IMG/VR virus record: IMGVR_UViG_3300045988_101835
DNA length: 64,000 bases
Origin: a virus
Direction: 5' to 3' (one strand)
In this document: one piece after another, positions 50,506 to 59,436 of the stretch
How the letters are laid out: each line of letters opens with the position of its first letter
Numbering within the stretch: the first letter of the stretch is position 1
The notes under the pieces: model-generated
Told to the model about the DNA's origin: nothing
The model's database searches: none
What the model saw: only the letters and a program-made list of their open reading frames with translations
Position numbers and translations under genes: made by a program

Positions 50506-52002
50506 ATGACTGATTATTTATCTTTGGACGCACGCCGCGTTACTGATAGTATCGCCGCTGCTCGTGCCGACAAGCGCACTGCAAAAGCCATGCTGAAGTC
50601 GGAGAAGCTTGGCAATCTGACTACGCTTAAGGAGCGTGGTATTCAGGCTGGTATTCTGAACAACTTCAGCCGTGCCATTCAGGATTCTATTGATGCTCCC
50701 GCTACTCGCGGTCAGCAGGTTAACATGATGTCGGACTTCGGACCTTACATTCCGGAGGTCTTCCCCATCGTTGCCGCTTGGTATCCCGACTTCCCGCTGA
50801 AGGACCTGATCTCGGTTCAGGACATGAATCAGGATTTGGCTTACCTGTTCTTCTCGAAGCTGGTTACTGGCACCAACAAGGCTCCCACGATTACGGGTCA
50901 GGTTGTTGAGACCGCTACGGGTATGCGTCAGATCAACGGCTACTATCCTACGGGTGAGATCATGGGTGAGACCATTCCGGAGGAGCAGCTTGAGTACGAC
51001 GCCACCACGAACGAGCTTGTAGCCATGACGGCTTACTACGCTCTGAACACCAGTGGTGATTATCTGGAGAAGTTCCTCATCAATGTTTACAAGGGCAACG
51101 CTATCGTTGCTACCCTGATTGCTACGACCGTTCAGAACGGCAAGGTTATGCTGGTCAACAGTGCTAACCCCGGTGTTTCGAATGGCTCGTACATGGTCGT
51201 TGAGTCGGGTGCCATCATGCTGGCTTCTGCTGACATCGACAACATTAAGGCTACGACAGGTGTTTGTCTGAACGTGAACTACGTTTGGAACCTCGACTAC
51301 GCTATTCAGGAGAACATTCCGAAGGTTAAGGAGCAGGTTGAGCGTGTTGAGATGCGCGCTATTCCCCGTGCTATCGGCATGGAGTGGACGATCTTCGCCG
51401 AGGCTCTGAAGAAGTCGCAGTTCAACACCGACATTCGCGTTGAGAACACCAAGCGCGTCCTTGATCTTCTGTACCAGTATCAGGTTCGTTACATCCTCGA
51501 TACCATGTGGACCTACGCTGCAGGTGCTCCCGGTACCATTACTCTCAACATGTCCAACAACTTCTCGCTGGACGTACAGGCCGCTGACCTCATGCGTCAG
51601 CTCAAGCAGTACGCTACGCAGATCGAGATCGCTACGGGCCGTATCGAGGGTAACCGTCTTGTCGTCGGCAAGAACCTGAAGTCGTTCCTCGAGTCGCTGC
51701 CCACCACGTGGTTCAAGCCTGTTGCTACACCGAGCGGCTTCTCGTCGCCCCGCGAGATCGGTACCTTTGGGACTTTCAAAGTGTACTACGATCCCTACCG
51801 CGCCGACAACGAGGCCTTCATGACCTACCGGGGGGATCAGTGGTTTGATGCTGCATTTTATTGCGGGATTTACTTACCTATCGTTCCGACGGATACTGTG
51901 GCACTTGGGGTTACGGTCCGTCAGTCTATGGTCAGCATGGAAGCGTATTTGTTCCATAAGAAGACGGCGGTGGTTCGCCTTACGGTTAACTACGGGGCCT
52001 AG
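50506..52002 (+). CDS. T4 gp23-like major capsid protein
   Basis: IEIATGRIEGNRLVVGKNLKSFLESL resembles IARQTGRGEGNFIIASRNVVNVLASV, and GTFKVYYDPYRADNEAFMTYRG...AAFYCGIYLPIV resembles GKYRVYIDQYAKQDYFTVGYKG...AGIYYAPYVAL. C/G-ending codon bias. Confidence 0.85.
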   Translation: MTDYLSLDARRVTDSIAAARADKRTAKAMLKSEKLGNLTTLKERGIQAGILNNFSRAIQDSIDAPATRGQQVNMMSDFGPYIPEVFPIVAAWYPDFPLKDLISVQDMNQDLAYLFFSKLVTGTNKAPTITGQVVETATGMRQINGYYPTGEIMGETIPEEQLEYDATTNELVAMTAYYALNTSGDYLEKFLINVYKGNAIVATLIATTVQNGKVMLVNSANPGVSNGSYMVVESGAIMLASADIDNIKATTGVCLNVNYVWNLDYAIQENIPKVKEQVERVEMRAIPRAIGMEWTIFAEALKKSQFNTDIRVENTKRVLDLLYQYQVRYILDTMWTYAAGAPGTITLNMSNNFSLDVQAADLMRQLKQYATQIEIATGRIEGNRLVVGKNLKSFLESLPTTWFKPVATPSGFSSPREIGTFGTFKVYYDPYRADNEAFMTYRGDQWFDAAFYCGIYLPIVPTDTVALGVTVRQSMVSMEAYLFHKKTAVVRLTVNYGA

Positions 52003-52025
52003 TCATTTTGACGGTGTGTTTTTCG

Positions 52026-52060
52026 ATCCGGGTGGTTTTTCCGCCCGGATTTTTGTTTTT
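52026..52060 (+). terminator. Rho-independent terminator after the capsid gene (atccgggtgg-N6-ccgcccggat, then T-rich tail)
   Basis: 10-bp stem with one G-U pair, followed by ttttgttttt. Confidence 0.75.
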
Positions 52061-52083
52061 GTCAATATTCTTACGTATATTTG
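52052..52083 (+). promoter_or_regulatory. Bacteroidota-type promoter for the homing-endonuclease gene
   Basis: tttg at 52052-52055 and tatatttg at 52076-52083, with 20-nt spacing. Confidence 0.6.
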
Positions 52084-52198
52084 CAGTGTTAGTATAGCTT
52101 CTCTCGACTTTATGCTATACGTTTATAGGTTTGGAATCCTCCGTTGGGGTCACGAAGTCGAGAGCGTGGTTCTGGCGGGGGATTTTCCTTTTTGAGTT

Positions 52199-53239
52199 AT
52201 GTTTTCGGGGATTATTTATTTACGTATTAGTCCTAGTAATAAAGGGTATGTTGGTCAGACTATTGACGAGGCGGGCCGCGATTGGGAGTTTGGTAATTTA
52301 AATAAGCGTTATGGTGGTGCAGCCATCGAGGCCGCACGCCGTAAGTATCCTCCTTCGTTGTGGCGTAAATTCACTATATGTACGGTTAACGCTCGTAATC
52401 GGGACGAGCTTCGAGTTTGGCTTGATGCTCTGGAGGTATATTACATTTGGGCTTTCCAGACTGCCGATAAACGGTATGGTTACAATGCGAAGCTAGGAGG
52501 TAATAGTCGTGGTGGGTATCGTCATTCGGAGGAGACACTACGCAAGATAGGTGCTGGTAATAAGGGGAAAGTTGTTTCTCCGGAGGCACGCGCTATAATT
52601 GCGTCTAAGCTGCGAGGACGTAAGCGTCCTTTGTCTGCTTGTGTAAAGACTTCGTTGGCTATGCGAGGTCATGTGTGGTCTCCGGAGACTTGTGCCAAAC
52701 GTTCGGCAGCTTTACGGGGTCGTAAGCTACCTCCTAATAGCGCTGTATTTTCGGAGGAGTATCGTCAGCGTCATCGTGAGTTGTCTGCTGGTCGTCTTCA
52801 TAGTCAGGCTGCTAAGAATAAGGTTTCTATTTCTAAGGGTTATCGTCCCGTTCTGGTTTATGATCGCGCTTCGGGTTCTTTTCTTGGTGAGTTTCAGACG
52901 CGCGTAGAGGCTGCTGCTCTTGGAGGTATACTTCCACATCAGATAGCACAGTCTTTTTCTGCACATCCGGGCGCGTTGTGGGTGTGCATTAAGAGTCATG
53001 TGTATGCATCGTCTGATCCTTCGTTGTCACGTGTTTCTCTTTGTGACAATGGGTATACTCCGGTTCTTCCTCCGTCGCAGCGTTCTATTAGCTGTGTCTC
53101 TTTACGCGGCAAGGACTTGGGTTGTGATAGCTTGTCAGGCTGGGAGTCTCGTCTAGGCATACGTCGTAATAATATTCTCCGTGTTTGCAATGGTGATCGA
53201 AATGTTGCTGGCGGCTACGTTTTCCGCTATGTAGGCTAG
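52199..53239 (+). CDS. GIY-YIG homing endonuclease with NUMOD3-like repeats (free-standing)
   Basis: GIIYLRISPSNKGYVGQT, YGYN, repeated H/S.E(E)T..K(I/L)....G modules, GGYVFRY at the C-terminus. Confidence 0.8.
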   Translation: MFSGIIYLRISPSNKGYVGQTIDEAGRDWEFGNLNKRYGGAAIEAARRKYPPSLWRKFTICTVNARNRDELRVWLDALEVYYIWAFQTADKRYGYNAKLGGNSRGGYRHSEETLRKIGAGNKGKVVSPEARAIIASKLRGRKRPLSACVKTSLAMRGHVWSPETCAKRSAALRGRKLPPNSAVFSEEYRQRHRELSAGRLHSQAAKNKVSISKGYRPVLVYDRASGSFLGEFQTRVEAAALGGILPHQIAQSFSAHPGALWVCIKSHVYASSDPSLSRVSLCDNGYTPVLPPSQRSISCVSLRGKDLGCDSLSGWESRLGIRRNNILRVCNGDRNVAGGYVFRYVG

Positions 53240-53275
53240 TGGTTACGTTTATGTTTTAAACTTTTCGATTTACTT

Positions 53276-53712
53276 ATGATACCTATTAGATTGTGTGACT
53301 ATAGATTCCGTGGCAGGGTTCTTGGCTCGAAGGATTGGGTGTACGGCGACCTGCAGATTGGGGATGACGATCATATTCCAATGATTGGCGTTGTCGGTCC
53401 GGGGCGTTATGTAGAGTATGTGCAGGTAGATGCTTCTACAATCGGGATGTCTATTGGGATTAGAGATAAGAATGCCAATGACATTTATGAGGGTGACATT
53501 TTTAAAGATGATGTTCTGCGGTATGTCCGAACCGTCTTCCGAGTTCCCGGGGCTTTGCTTTCGAGTCTAACCCTATATCGTTTGGGTACGATCATACCGA
53601 GCAGCTTTATCCGTATTCTCCTATTGCAGAGATGCAGATCGCTTCGTGGCTGTCTCAGTGCTGTGAGGTGATTGGCAATATTCATGATAATCTTGAATTG
53701 TTAAAACAATGA
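53276..53712 (+). pseudogene. YopX-family gene with a frameshift in the run cccgggg (about 53545-53551)
   Basis: The N-terminal part FRG...W.YGD...TIGMSIGIRDKNANDIYEGDIF reads in one frame. The canonical C-terminus GFAFES...CEVIGNIHDNLELLKQ* reads in the -1 frame and ends at 53712. Confidence 0.7.
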
Positions 53713-53885
53713 CTAAAGCATCGTTTGACACAGTAGCAGGTCTGCTGTTAGCAGTTGTGGGACTATCTTCTGTGGTTCCGTCCTATGAAGCAGGCGCTTG
53801 GGTTAAGTTGGTGCTTTATGTTGTTTTGACATGCTTAGGGATTTGGATGTTCTCCGACGGTTATACTAATCTTCCTAAAAAATAA
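53709..53885 (+). CDS. Small membrane protein (58 aa, two hydrophobic segments)
   Basis: ATGA overlap with the YopX stop. MTKASFDTVAGLLLAVVGLSSVV...WVKLVLYVVLTCLGIWMF. Confidence 0.45.
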   Translation: MTKASFDTVAGLLLAVVGLSSVVPSYEAGAWVKLVLYVVLTCLGIWMFSDGYTNLPKK

Positions 53886-54053
53886 GGCAATGACACCGCA
53901 AGAGCTTTATGACTTGGCAGTCGAGAAAGGGAGGGGGCTGAGGACTACGATTTAATGCTCTACCAAGATGAATTGCGTGTATGAGATGTTGTGACTTGTG
54001 CGGATGTATCAGTTGATGAATTAGTTCAAACAGTATACTTAAAAATTAAACAG

Positions 54054-54557
54054 ATGAAACGTGAATTAACGCTCACTGACATTGCTGGGTACCTACCGTA
54101 TGGTTTAAAAGTTCAAGAGGCGTATCAGGATATTTGGACAATACGCCAGCTTGGCAATATAGACCCTTGTAGGGACGGTGATGTTGGTTTGGTGTCCAGT
54201 GCCGGGAATTATGAGCAATACACCTATATCGACGATATAAGGCCCATCCTTCGTCCGATGTCCGATCTTGCCGGATCGATTACCCACAAAGGCAAAACAT
54301 TCATTCCGATTGAGTGTATTGCCGAAATGACCCGCGAGGATGGCAATGATTCGAATTGGACGTATGATTTAATAAATTGGTTTGGTAAATATGACCCTAT
54401 ATGGAGTACTTCCGAGTTATTGATGTCACTGCCTGAATGGCTTATAATACCTGTCATTGATAAGCTTTGTGAGTGGATGTTTGACTATCGTGGTTTAATC
54501 TACGAGGGGCTGGCCGTCAGCGTCCGAGACTTACAACAGAATCCTTACGAGAAGTGA
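54054..54557 (+). CDS. Hypothetical phage protein (the C-terminal motif FDYRGLIYEGLAVSV is shared with ORF 2681)
   Basis: ATG at 54054 in ORF-track ORF 53991..54557. A-rich island composition. Confidence 0.55.
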   Translation: MKRELTLTDIAGYLPYGLKVQEAYQDIWTIRQLGNIDPCRDGDVGLVSSAGNYEQYTYIDDIRPILRPMSDLAGSITHKGKTFIPIECIAEMTREDGNDSNWTYDLINWFGKYDPIWSTSELLMSLPEWLIIPVIDKLCEWMFDYRGLIYEGLAVSVRDLQQNPYEK

Positions 54558-54901
54558 AAACAATTCGAGCGTACGGGCATGGTTTCCTTCTTCGTCGAGG
54601 GTTACTGAGTATAGGCCGCAACTATAAGACTGGTAACTGGGCGATAGAGCTTCGATGGTCTTGGGGTTATATTCGGGCATGGTCACTCCGGTTGTATCTG
54701 GGTTGCGCTAAGCCGAGCCACGAGCGCATTAGGTTCTGCCATGTTATTTCTCCGCTGTTTATGGTGTTGCACTGGCTTGTTGCTATTCCAGTCTATCTTA
54801 TTGCTTATGGTGTTTTGTTCGCAGGCTTAGGGATTCTAGTGGGGATGGGCAGGCTGCTTTTATGGCTGGGTGATAGGCTCGATAGGCTTGGTAGGTTGTG
54901 A
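54554..54901 (+). CDS. Membrane protein (C-terminal hydrophobic helices)
   Basis: GTG start. ISPLFMVLHWLVAIPVYLIAYGVLFAGLGILVG. Confidence 0.45.
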   Translation: MKTIRAYGHGFLLRRGLLSIGRNYKTGNWAIELRWSWGYIRAWSLRLYLGCAKPSHERIRFCHVISPLFMVLHWLVAIPVYLIAYGVLFAGLGILVGMGRLLLWLGDRLDRLGRL

Positions 54902-54961
54902 ATATTGATGTAATCTGTTTCCCGGCGGTAGCTAGAGTTAGGCAACTTTAACAATCATATT

Positions 54962-55300
54962 ATGGAAATTTCGAAGGAGGAATTTGATTCTGTTATTGAT
55001 AGAATTCTGAGTTGTCATGTGGGAGTTTGCTCTTGTGAGAGTGGCACAGTTCCGGACGGTGCTCTGTATTCCGGGCATCGGAAGGTAGTTTTCACCTTCA
55101 CTCCGAGTTCTGTTGATGCAGCAGTTCCCACGACGGCTGTCATTCTGGTTTACGCTGCTCCATCGGAGGGCATGGTGTTTGTGACGGTTGAGGAGGTTGG
55201 GCCTTCTGCTATTTGGTCTACGACGCTGTCAGCGTCCGATGCTGAAGTTTTATGCCGCCGTCTTCTGGATCGTGCTCCCCATTCGGGTTCGATTCGGTAG
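54962..55300 (+). CDS. Hypothetical protein, tandem paralog A
   Basis: MEISKEEFDSVIDRILS... aligns with MKISKEQLISVVDKLVS... of the next ORF. Confidence 0.55.
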   Translation: MEISKEEFDSVIDRILSCHVGVCSCESGTVPDGALYSGHRKVVFTFTPSSVDAAVPTTAVILVYAAPSEGMVFVTVEEVGPSAIWSTTLSASDAEVLCRRLLDRAPHSGSIR

Positions 55301-55342
55301 ACGTGATATGCTTTCTTTCGTTCGATTTTTAACACTCTTGTC

Positions 55343-55696
55343 ATGAAGATTTCTAAGGAGCAGCTTATTAGTGTTGTTGATAAGCTTGTTAGTCTTCCTT
55401 TTGACTCTTATTCTTTTACACACGAAAAAGTTCCCGTAGATTCGTTGCATTCTGGTCTGACGAAGTCTGTAGTCAAGATTTGCCCTCATTCAGGTCACGG
55501 GTCTTTGCCTTCGTATCATGTGAGCCTTTATGGGAATGGTTCGTCATCGACAGTTACTGTTGAGGTGTTTAATCCTTCTGCTACATGGTTTTTGAATGAT
55601 ATGTTGAATATAGACGCTATTACGATCTTTAAACCACTATTGGTCCGTCTTGAGGAGTATGAGTCTTTTTGTTTGGCTCGGTTTCTGTCGGAGTAA
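55343..55696 (+). CDS. Hypothetical protein, tandem paralog B
   Basis: See ORF 54962..55300. Confidence 0.55.
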   Translation: MKISKEQLISVVDKLVSLPFDSYSFTHEKVPVDSLHSGLTKSVVKICPHSGHGSLPSYHVSLYGNGSSSTVTVEVFNPSATWFLNDMLNIDAITIFKPLLVRLEEYESFCLARFLSE

Positions 55697-55817
55697 CGTT
55701 TCCGTCCTTATAAGGAGCGAGGGAAAATCCATTTGGATTTTTTAACGCATTGGTTAGAGTTACACGGCCTCCTGTGCTGAGTAGACCGTATGTTTAGTAT
55801 CTTAAGTGGTTTTAGTT

Positions 55818-56234
55818 ATGTGTACTGTTGTATTTTCCTCGTGGGCTTCCGTTATTGGGCTTTTCTTAGTCGTGCTGTGTCCTTTGTTGGTTTTATTCTT
55901 GTGTTTCAAGGATTTTAGTTTGTGTAAGTTTTTCGGGTCCATCCGCTTTCTCATGCGCTTGCGTCGCGGGGTGGTTATCTATCAGTACGTGCATAGTGCG
56001 TCCGATCCTGATCCCTTTAATGCTGTGGTTCGGTATGCTGTGGTTCGAGATGTTAAGCGTAATTGTGAGGGCCTTACTTGGGTTTCGTATTGTATGTGTG
56101 ATGATATAGTTCATTATAGCGACTTTGTATCTTCTGATTTTCATCCGATGTTTACTAAGAACGATATGCGCACTTCTGCCGCTCATTCTTTGATTTATTC
56201 ATCGTGGAGGATTTCCGATAAGTGCTTTGAGTAG
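55818..56234 (+). CDS. Membrane-anchored hypothetical protein
   Basis: N-terminal hydrophobic segment VVFSSWASVIGLFLVVLCPLLVLFLCF. Confidence 0.5.
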   Translation: MCTVVFSSWASVIGLFLVVLCPLLVLFLCFKDFSLCKFFGSIRFLMRLRRGVVIYQYVHSASDPDPFNAVVRYAVVRDVKRNCEGLTWVSYCMCDDIVHYSDFVSSDFHPMFTKNDMRTSAAHSLIYSSWRISDKCFE

Positions 56235-56235
56235 T

Positions 56236-56556
56236 ATGCGATCTGGTCTTTATATTCTATGGTTTGTTTTTCTGATTGCTGTGGCTGCGGCGTTTTATCG
56301 GTATTATTGCTATCGTTGTTATTGCCAACGCCTTGTTCCCGGGACCGTTCTCCTTCATCCGGTAGATGAGCCGTTTGGTTCTCAGATGTTCTATAAGATC
56401 GTAGATCGTACTGTGTTTAGACGGACGTTGTATCTCAAGATAGTCTTAGTGGATGATAGTGGTAATCCTACGTTGTCGTCTCCGCGGATTAAGTCGGCAT
56501 ATGAGCTTTATGCATTAGGTTATAAAGTTATCAATCACCATTCAGGTATTATATGA
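56236..56556 (+). CDS. Membrane-anchored hypothetical protein
   Basis: N-terminal hydrophobic segment GLYILWFVFLIAVAAAF. Confidence 0.5.
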   Translation: MRSGLYILWFVFLIAVAAAFYRYYCYRCYCQRLVPGTVLLHPVDEPFGSQMFYKIVDRTVFRRTLYLKIVLVDDSGNPTLSSPRIKSAYELYALGYKVINHHSGII

Positions 56557-56666
56557 AGTTTGATTTAGCTGATATTCTATTTTCCATTAACAAGCATGAT
56601 CTGGCTTGTTACTATGCGGTATCCTATGCTAAGACTATGCCGTTGAGTTGGGGTGTCCATCGGTGA

Positions 56667-57209
56667 GTGTCCGTAGCCTTGTCTACCCTTGCTTGTGATT
56701 TATCGCTTTCTGCACGTGATGTTTTGCATCCTGTTCGCATGTCACGTTTTAGGTCGTGGCTGTTCAAGTATTTTGCGCGTTTTGGTATTGTCTCTACGGA
56801 TTGTCGTGTTGGTGACGACTGCTTTATAGATTACTTAGCTTATTACTATTCTGAATGGTTACGCAAGAGTTTTGTTGATTACTGGCGTACACATAGGATT
56901 GCAGATACACTTTTGGTAATAGATGAGGCTTCTTCGCTTTATAAGCAGTATATTGCGCAAGGAGATTTAACGGGGTTGTGCGATGTATTCCATGCTGCTT
57001 TTGTCAATCTCGGTTATGACTTTTCATGTATTTCGGTTAATGGCCACTATTTATCATTTCGCTGTACTATCTCAGATTTAATCCCTGAGTTTAAAGAGTA
57101 CTATTCTAGTGTCGCGGTTCCTTTGTTCTGGCGGTCACTTAGTGATACTGATCTTCGGTTATATTATTTGCAGGAGTTGCATTCTCTTTATGCTTCTAAG
57201 TTGATGTAG
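56667..57209 (+). CDS. Hypothetical protein (GTG start; an in-frame upstream 37-codon ORF is separated by TGA)
   Basis: ORF-track ORF. See the related finding. Confidence 0.5.
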   Translation: MSVALSTLACDLSLSARDVLHPVRMSRFRSWLFKYFARFGIVSTDCRVGDDCFIDYLAYYYSEWLRKSFVDYWRTHRIADTLLVIDEASSLYKQYIAQGDLTGLCDVFHAAFVNLGYDFSCISVNGHYLSFRCTISDLIPEFKEYYSSVAVPLFWRSLSDTDLRLYYLQELHSLYASKLM

Positions 57210-57211
57210 TT

Positions 57212-57526
57212 ATGGGATTCCGTCTTGGTCGCCATCGGAGGGTTAAGCGTGGTGATAGGGTTTATGTATACTGGGCTGGTCGAGGTTATGATGCAGAGGT
57301 TGTTGGCTTCCGCAGTTGTAGCTTCGTCGTTCGCTTTCTAGATAATGGCAATCAGGTTGAGTTACCTCCGTATAATCACGGACTGTTCTATGGCTTTTGT
57401 TATGAGGCGGGTATTGCCTTTTTCTATATGTCTCACCCGTCCCATTTGCGTTGGGTTTTGCTGTGTGAGAAGCTTCGGTTGAAGCTACCTCATAAGATTT
57501 GCCGCTTTTTGCGGTTGATGGACTAA
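57212..57526 (+). CDS. Hypothetical protein
   Basis: ORF-track ORF. Confidence 0.5.
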   Translation: MGFRLGRHRRVKRGDRVYVYWAGRGYDAEVVGFRSCSFVVRFLDNGNQVELPPYNHGLFYGFCYEAGIAFFYMSHPSHLRWVLLCEKLRLKLPHKICRFLRLMD

Positions 57527-57551
57527 CACACAATTCAAAATTTGGTACCTT

Positions 57552-57707
57552 ATGGTCGTTCTGGATGTCTTTGAGTTTCTCATTGGGGTTGTTCTATATC
57601 TTCTAGGGTTTTGGCTTGCCTGTGCGGTTCTTTTTGCGGTCTTGGGTTACCTTTATTGGTTTGTGGGCCTCCTAGTGCGCGCGTGCAATTATATATCCCA
57701 CAAATAA
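57552..57707 (+). CDS. Small membrane protein (51 aa)
   Basis: MVVLDVFEFLIGVVLYLLGFWLACAVLFAVLGYLYWFVGLLV... The 3' end overlaps the promoter motif. Confidence 0.4.
   Translation: MVVLDVFEFLIGVVLYLLGFWLACAVLFAVLGYLYWFVGLLVRACNYISHK
57683..57698 (+). promoter_or_regulatory. Late-promoter-like motif (GTGCAATTATATATCC followed by cAcAAATA)
   Basis: 21 nt before the ATG at 57720. Confidence 0.55.
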
Positions 57708-57719
57708 AATTTGGTGGTT

Positions 57720-58058
57720 ATGGATTTGTATAGTGTTTTGTCTGCAGACTTTGCTACGTTTCAGGAGGAGCTTGAGGCAACGGCGCCTAAGTCGGATGCT
57801 TGGGTTATCAGTGGTGAGGGTGATGCTGCTGTTTTGAAAGGTAAGCTTTCGCAGGCGTCTTTTGAGATTTCCAAGGATGCCGACAGTCAGGATGTCCGTA
57901 TGGATATTGTCGGCTCGGATATTCCTTCGTCGGTCCATGCTATTGTTCTGAATACAGTGTTCGACGACGCTATGTCTGCGGTTGCTGCTGCTGTTCAGAT
58001 CAACGGTGTTTATTCGGAGGCTTTGTCTTCTGTTAATGACATTCTGCGTAACGCCTAG
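57720..58058 (+). CDS. Hypothetical late/structural protein
   Basis: First gene after the motif. Confidence 0.55.
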   Translation: MDLYSVLSADFATFQEELEATAPKSDAWVISGEGDAAVLKGKLSQASFEISKDADSQDVRMDIVGSDIPSSVHAIVLNTVFDDAMSAVAAAVQINGVYSEALSSVNDILRNA

Positions 58059-58064
58059 TTTTCT

Positions 58065-58850
58065 ATGTCGGAGTCACCTGATATAAGGCTGAACGCGCTT
58101 ACGCTTTTTGCTGCGCGGATGGCGGATATTCGCATATCTCGTCATCCGCTTCGTTCTGACTGTTTCTTTATGGTCAATAAGACGGAGTTTGACATTTATC
58201 AGGATGGCACTTCTTTTGAGGTTGCTCGTATTTTCAAGCAGGTTATTGTGAAGAAGAATCCGGACATGTTTTATGTTCAGGAGTCTTTCGGTGATGATGC
58301 TTTGGTCGAGGACGGTGATCTCATTCCGTGGGTTGTTAATATGACATGCTTGGGGCTTCCGCGTTTGCCGATGCTTGATGATCGTTTTCTGATTGACGGC
58401 ATGGTTTATTCGGTCTCTGCGGTTAAGCCTGTAAATCGCAATTCTCAAGGCATCTTGGAATGCCTTGTTTATCCGGAGCGCCGAGATGATCATGATACGC
58501 TTTGCGTGTATGGGGTTTCTTTCCATCAGGCGATGAAGAGCGTCTCCCTTCAGGATGCCTACGGTGCACCTTCAGTTATGCGTGTTATTTACGGGGGTTC
58601 TCCGATTAGTATGTCTTGGGACAAGAAGTCATGGTTTCCGTTCGAGGCTGTGTCTACGGTTACTGTTCCACGTGGCACCAAGCGGTTCTATGTGAAGGAC
58701 GCTAGGGGTGTTGTTTCGGACTTTGTGTTCGGCGGGCGTCCTGTTCCGTCTTCTACGCCTTCGGTACCGGAGGGCTATTCTGCTATTCGGGATTGTAGTG
58801 GTCGGTTGTTTTTCTGCGCTTCGTGCCAGCATATGTACGTTAATGGGTGA
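58065..58850 (+). CDS. Hypothetical structural (neck / head-completion?) protein
   Basis: Position between the head and tail modules. Function was not recognisable. Confidence 0.55.
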   Translation: MSESPDIRLNALTLFAARMADIRISRHPLRSDCFFMVNKTEFDIYQDGTSFEVARIFKQVIVKKNPDMFYVQESFGDDALVEDGDLIPWVVNMTCLGLPRLPMLDDRFLIDGMVYSVSAVKPVNRNSQGILECLVYPERRDDHDTLCVYGVSFHQAMKSVSLQDAYGAPSVMRVIYGGSPISMSWDKKSWFPFEAVSTVTVPRGTKRFYVKDARGVVSDFVFGGRPVPSSTPSVPEGYSAIRDCSGRLFFCASCQHMYVNG

Positions 58851-58855
58851 GTTCT

Positions 58856-59422
58856 ATGGCGTCCTTGAGTTTTAAAGATAAGTTATTTGCGACGTATCCT
58901 ATTCCTCGGAGTGTTTCGATCTGGGAGGGTGATGGTGTTTCGTCGTTTGCGGTTAGCAGTTTGGATGATCTTATTTCGTCGTGTGTTGACGAGCTTCGTT
59001 CGGACTTGTACATCACGGAGTATGTTCATTGCTCGTCTCAATCCACGTCGCTCCCGGAGGATGCTTTCGCTGTTGTGAATGCTAAGATCGACTTTCAGTT
59101 TCAGGGTAACCGTAGTGTTCGTGTTGATTTTGATGCTGCTTCACATAGGGCTTTGATTCGTTACGTTCCTGCGGTTCTCACCTACCGTCGTTATTTGCGT
59201 CTTTCGGACTTGGATACTTTGGCGGGGGATCGCCTTATCTACGCTAAGATGTATGTTCTTTGGCAGATGGCAGAGAAGGAACTTACCATCTTGCGGTCTG
59301 TTGTTCTGGACGCAGATAATGGCTCGGTCAATCTTGATGCTTTAGCATCCTTTTCGGATAAGTGTCGTGATCGCTACGAGGAGATGAAGGCGGAGGTTTT
59401 CATTTACACATCTGGAGTATAA
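58856..59422 (+). CDS. Hypothetical structural protein
   Basis: ATG at 58856 in ORF-track ORF 58847..59422. Confidence 0.55.
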   Translation: MASLSFKDKLFATYPIPRSVSIWEGDGVSSFAVSSLDDLISSCVDELRSDLYITEYVHCSSQSTSLPEDAFAVVNAKIDFQFQGNRSVRVDFDAASHRALIRYVPAVLTYRRYLRLSDLDTLAGDRLIYAKMYVLWQMAEKELTILRSVVLDADNGSVNLDALASFSDKCRDRYEEMKAEVFIYTSGV

Positions 59423-59436
59423 TTTTTTTTTATATT

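Noticed and set aside
52003-52198. Group I intron or intron-encoded context for the GIY-YIG gene after the capsid gene.
   Set aside because: The capsid ORF is complete, with a normal C-terminus, terminator and separate promoter. I recognised no P3-P9-like core, so I treated the endonuclease gene as free-standing.
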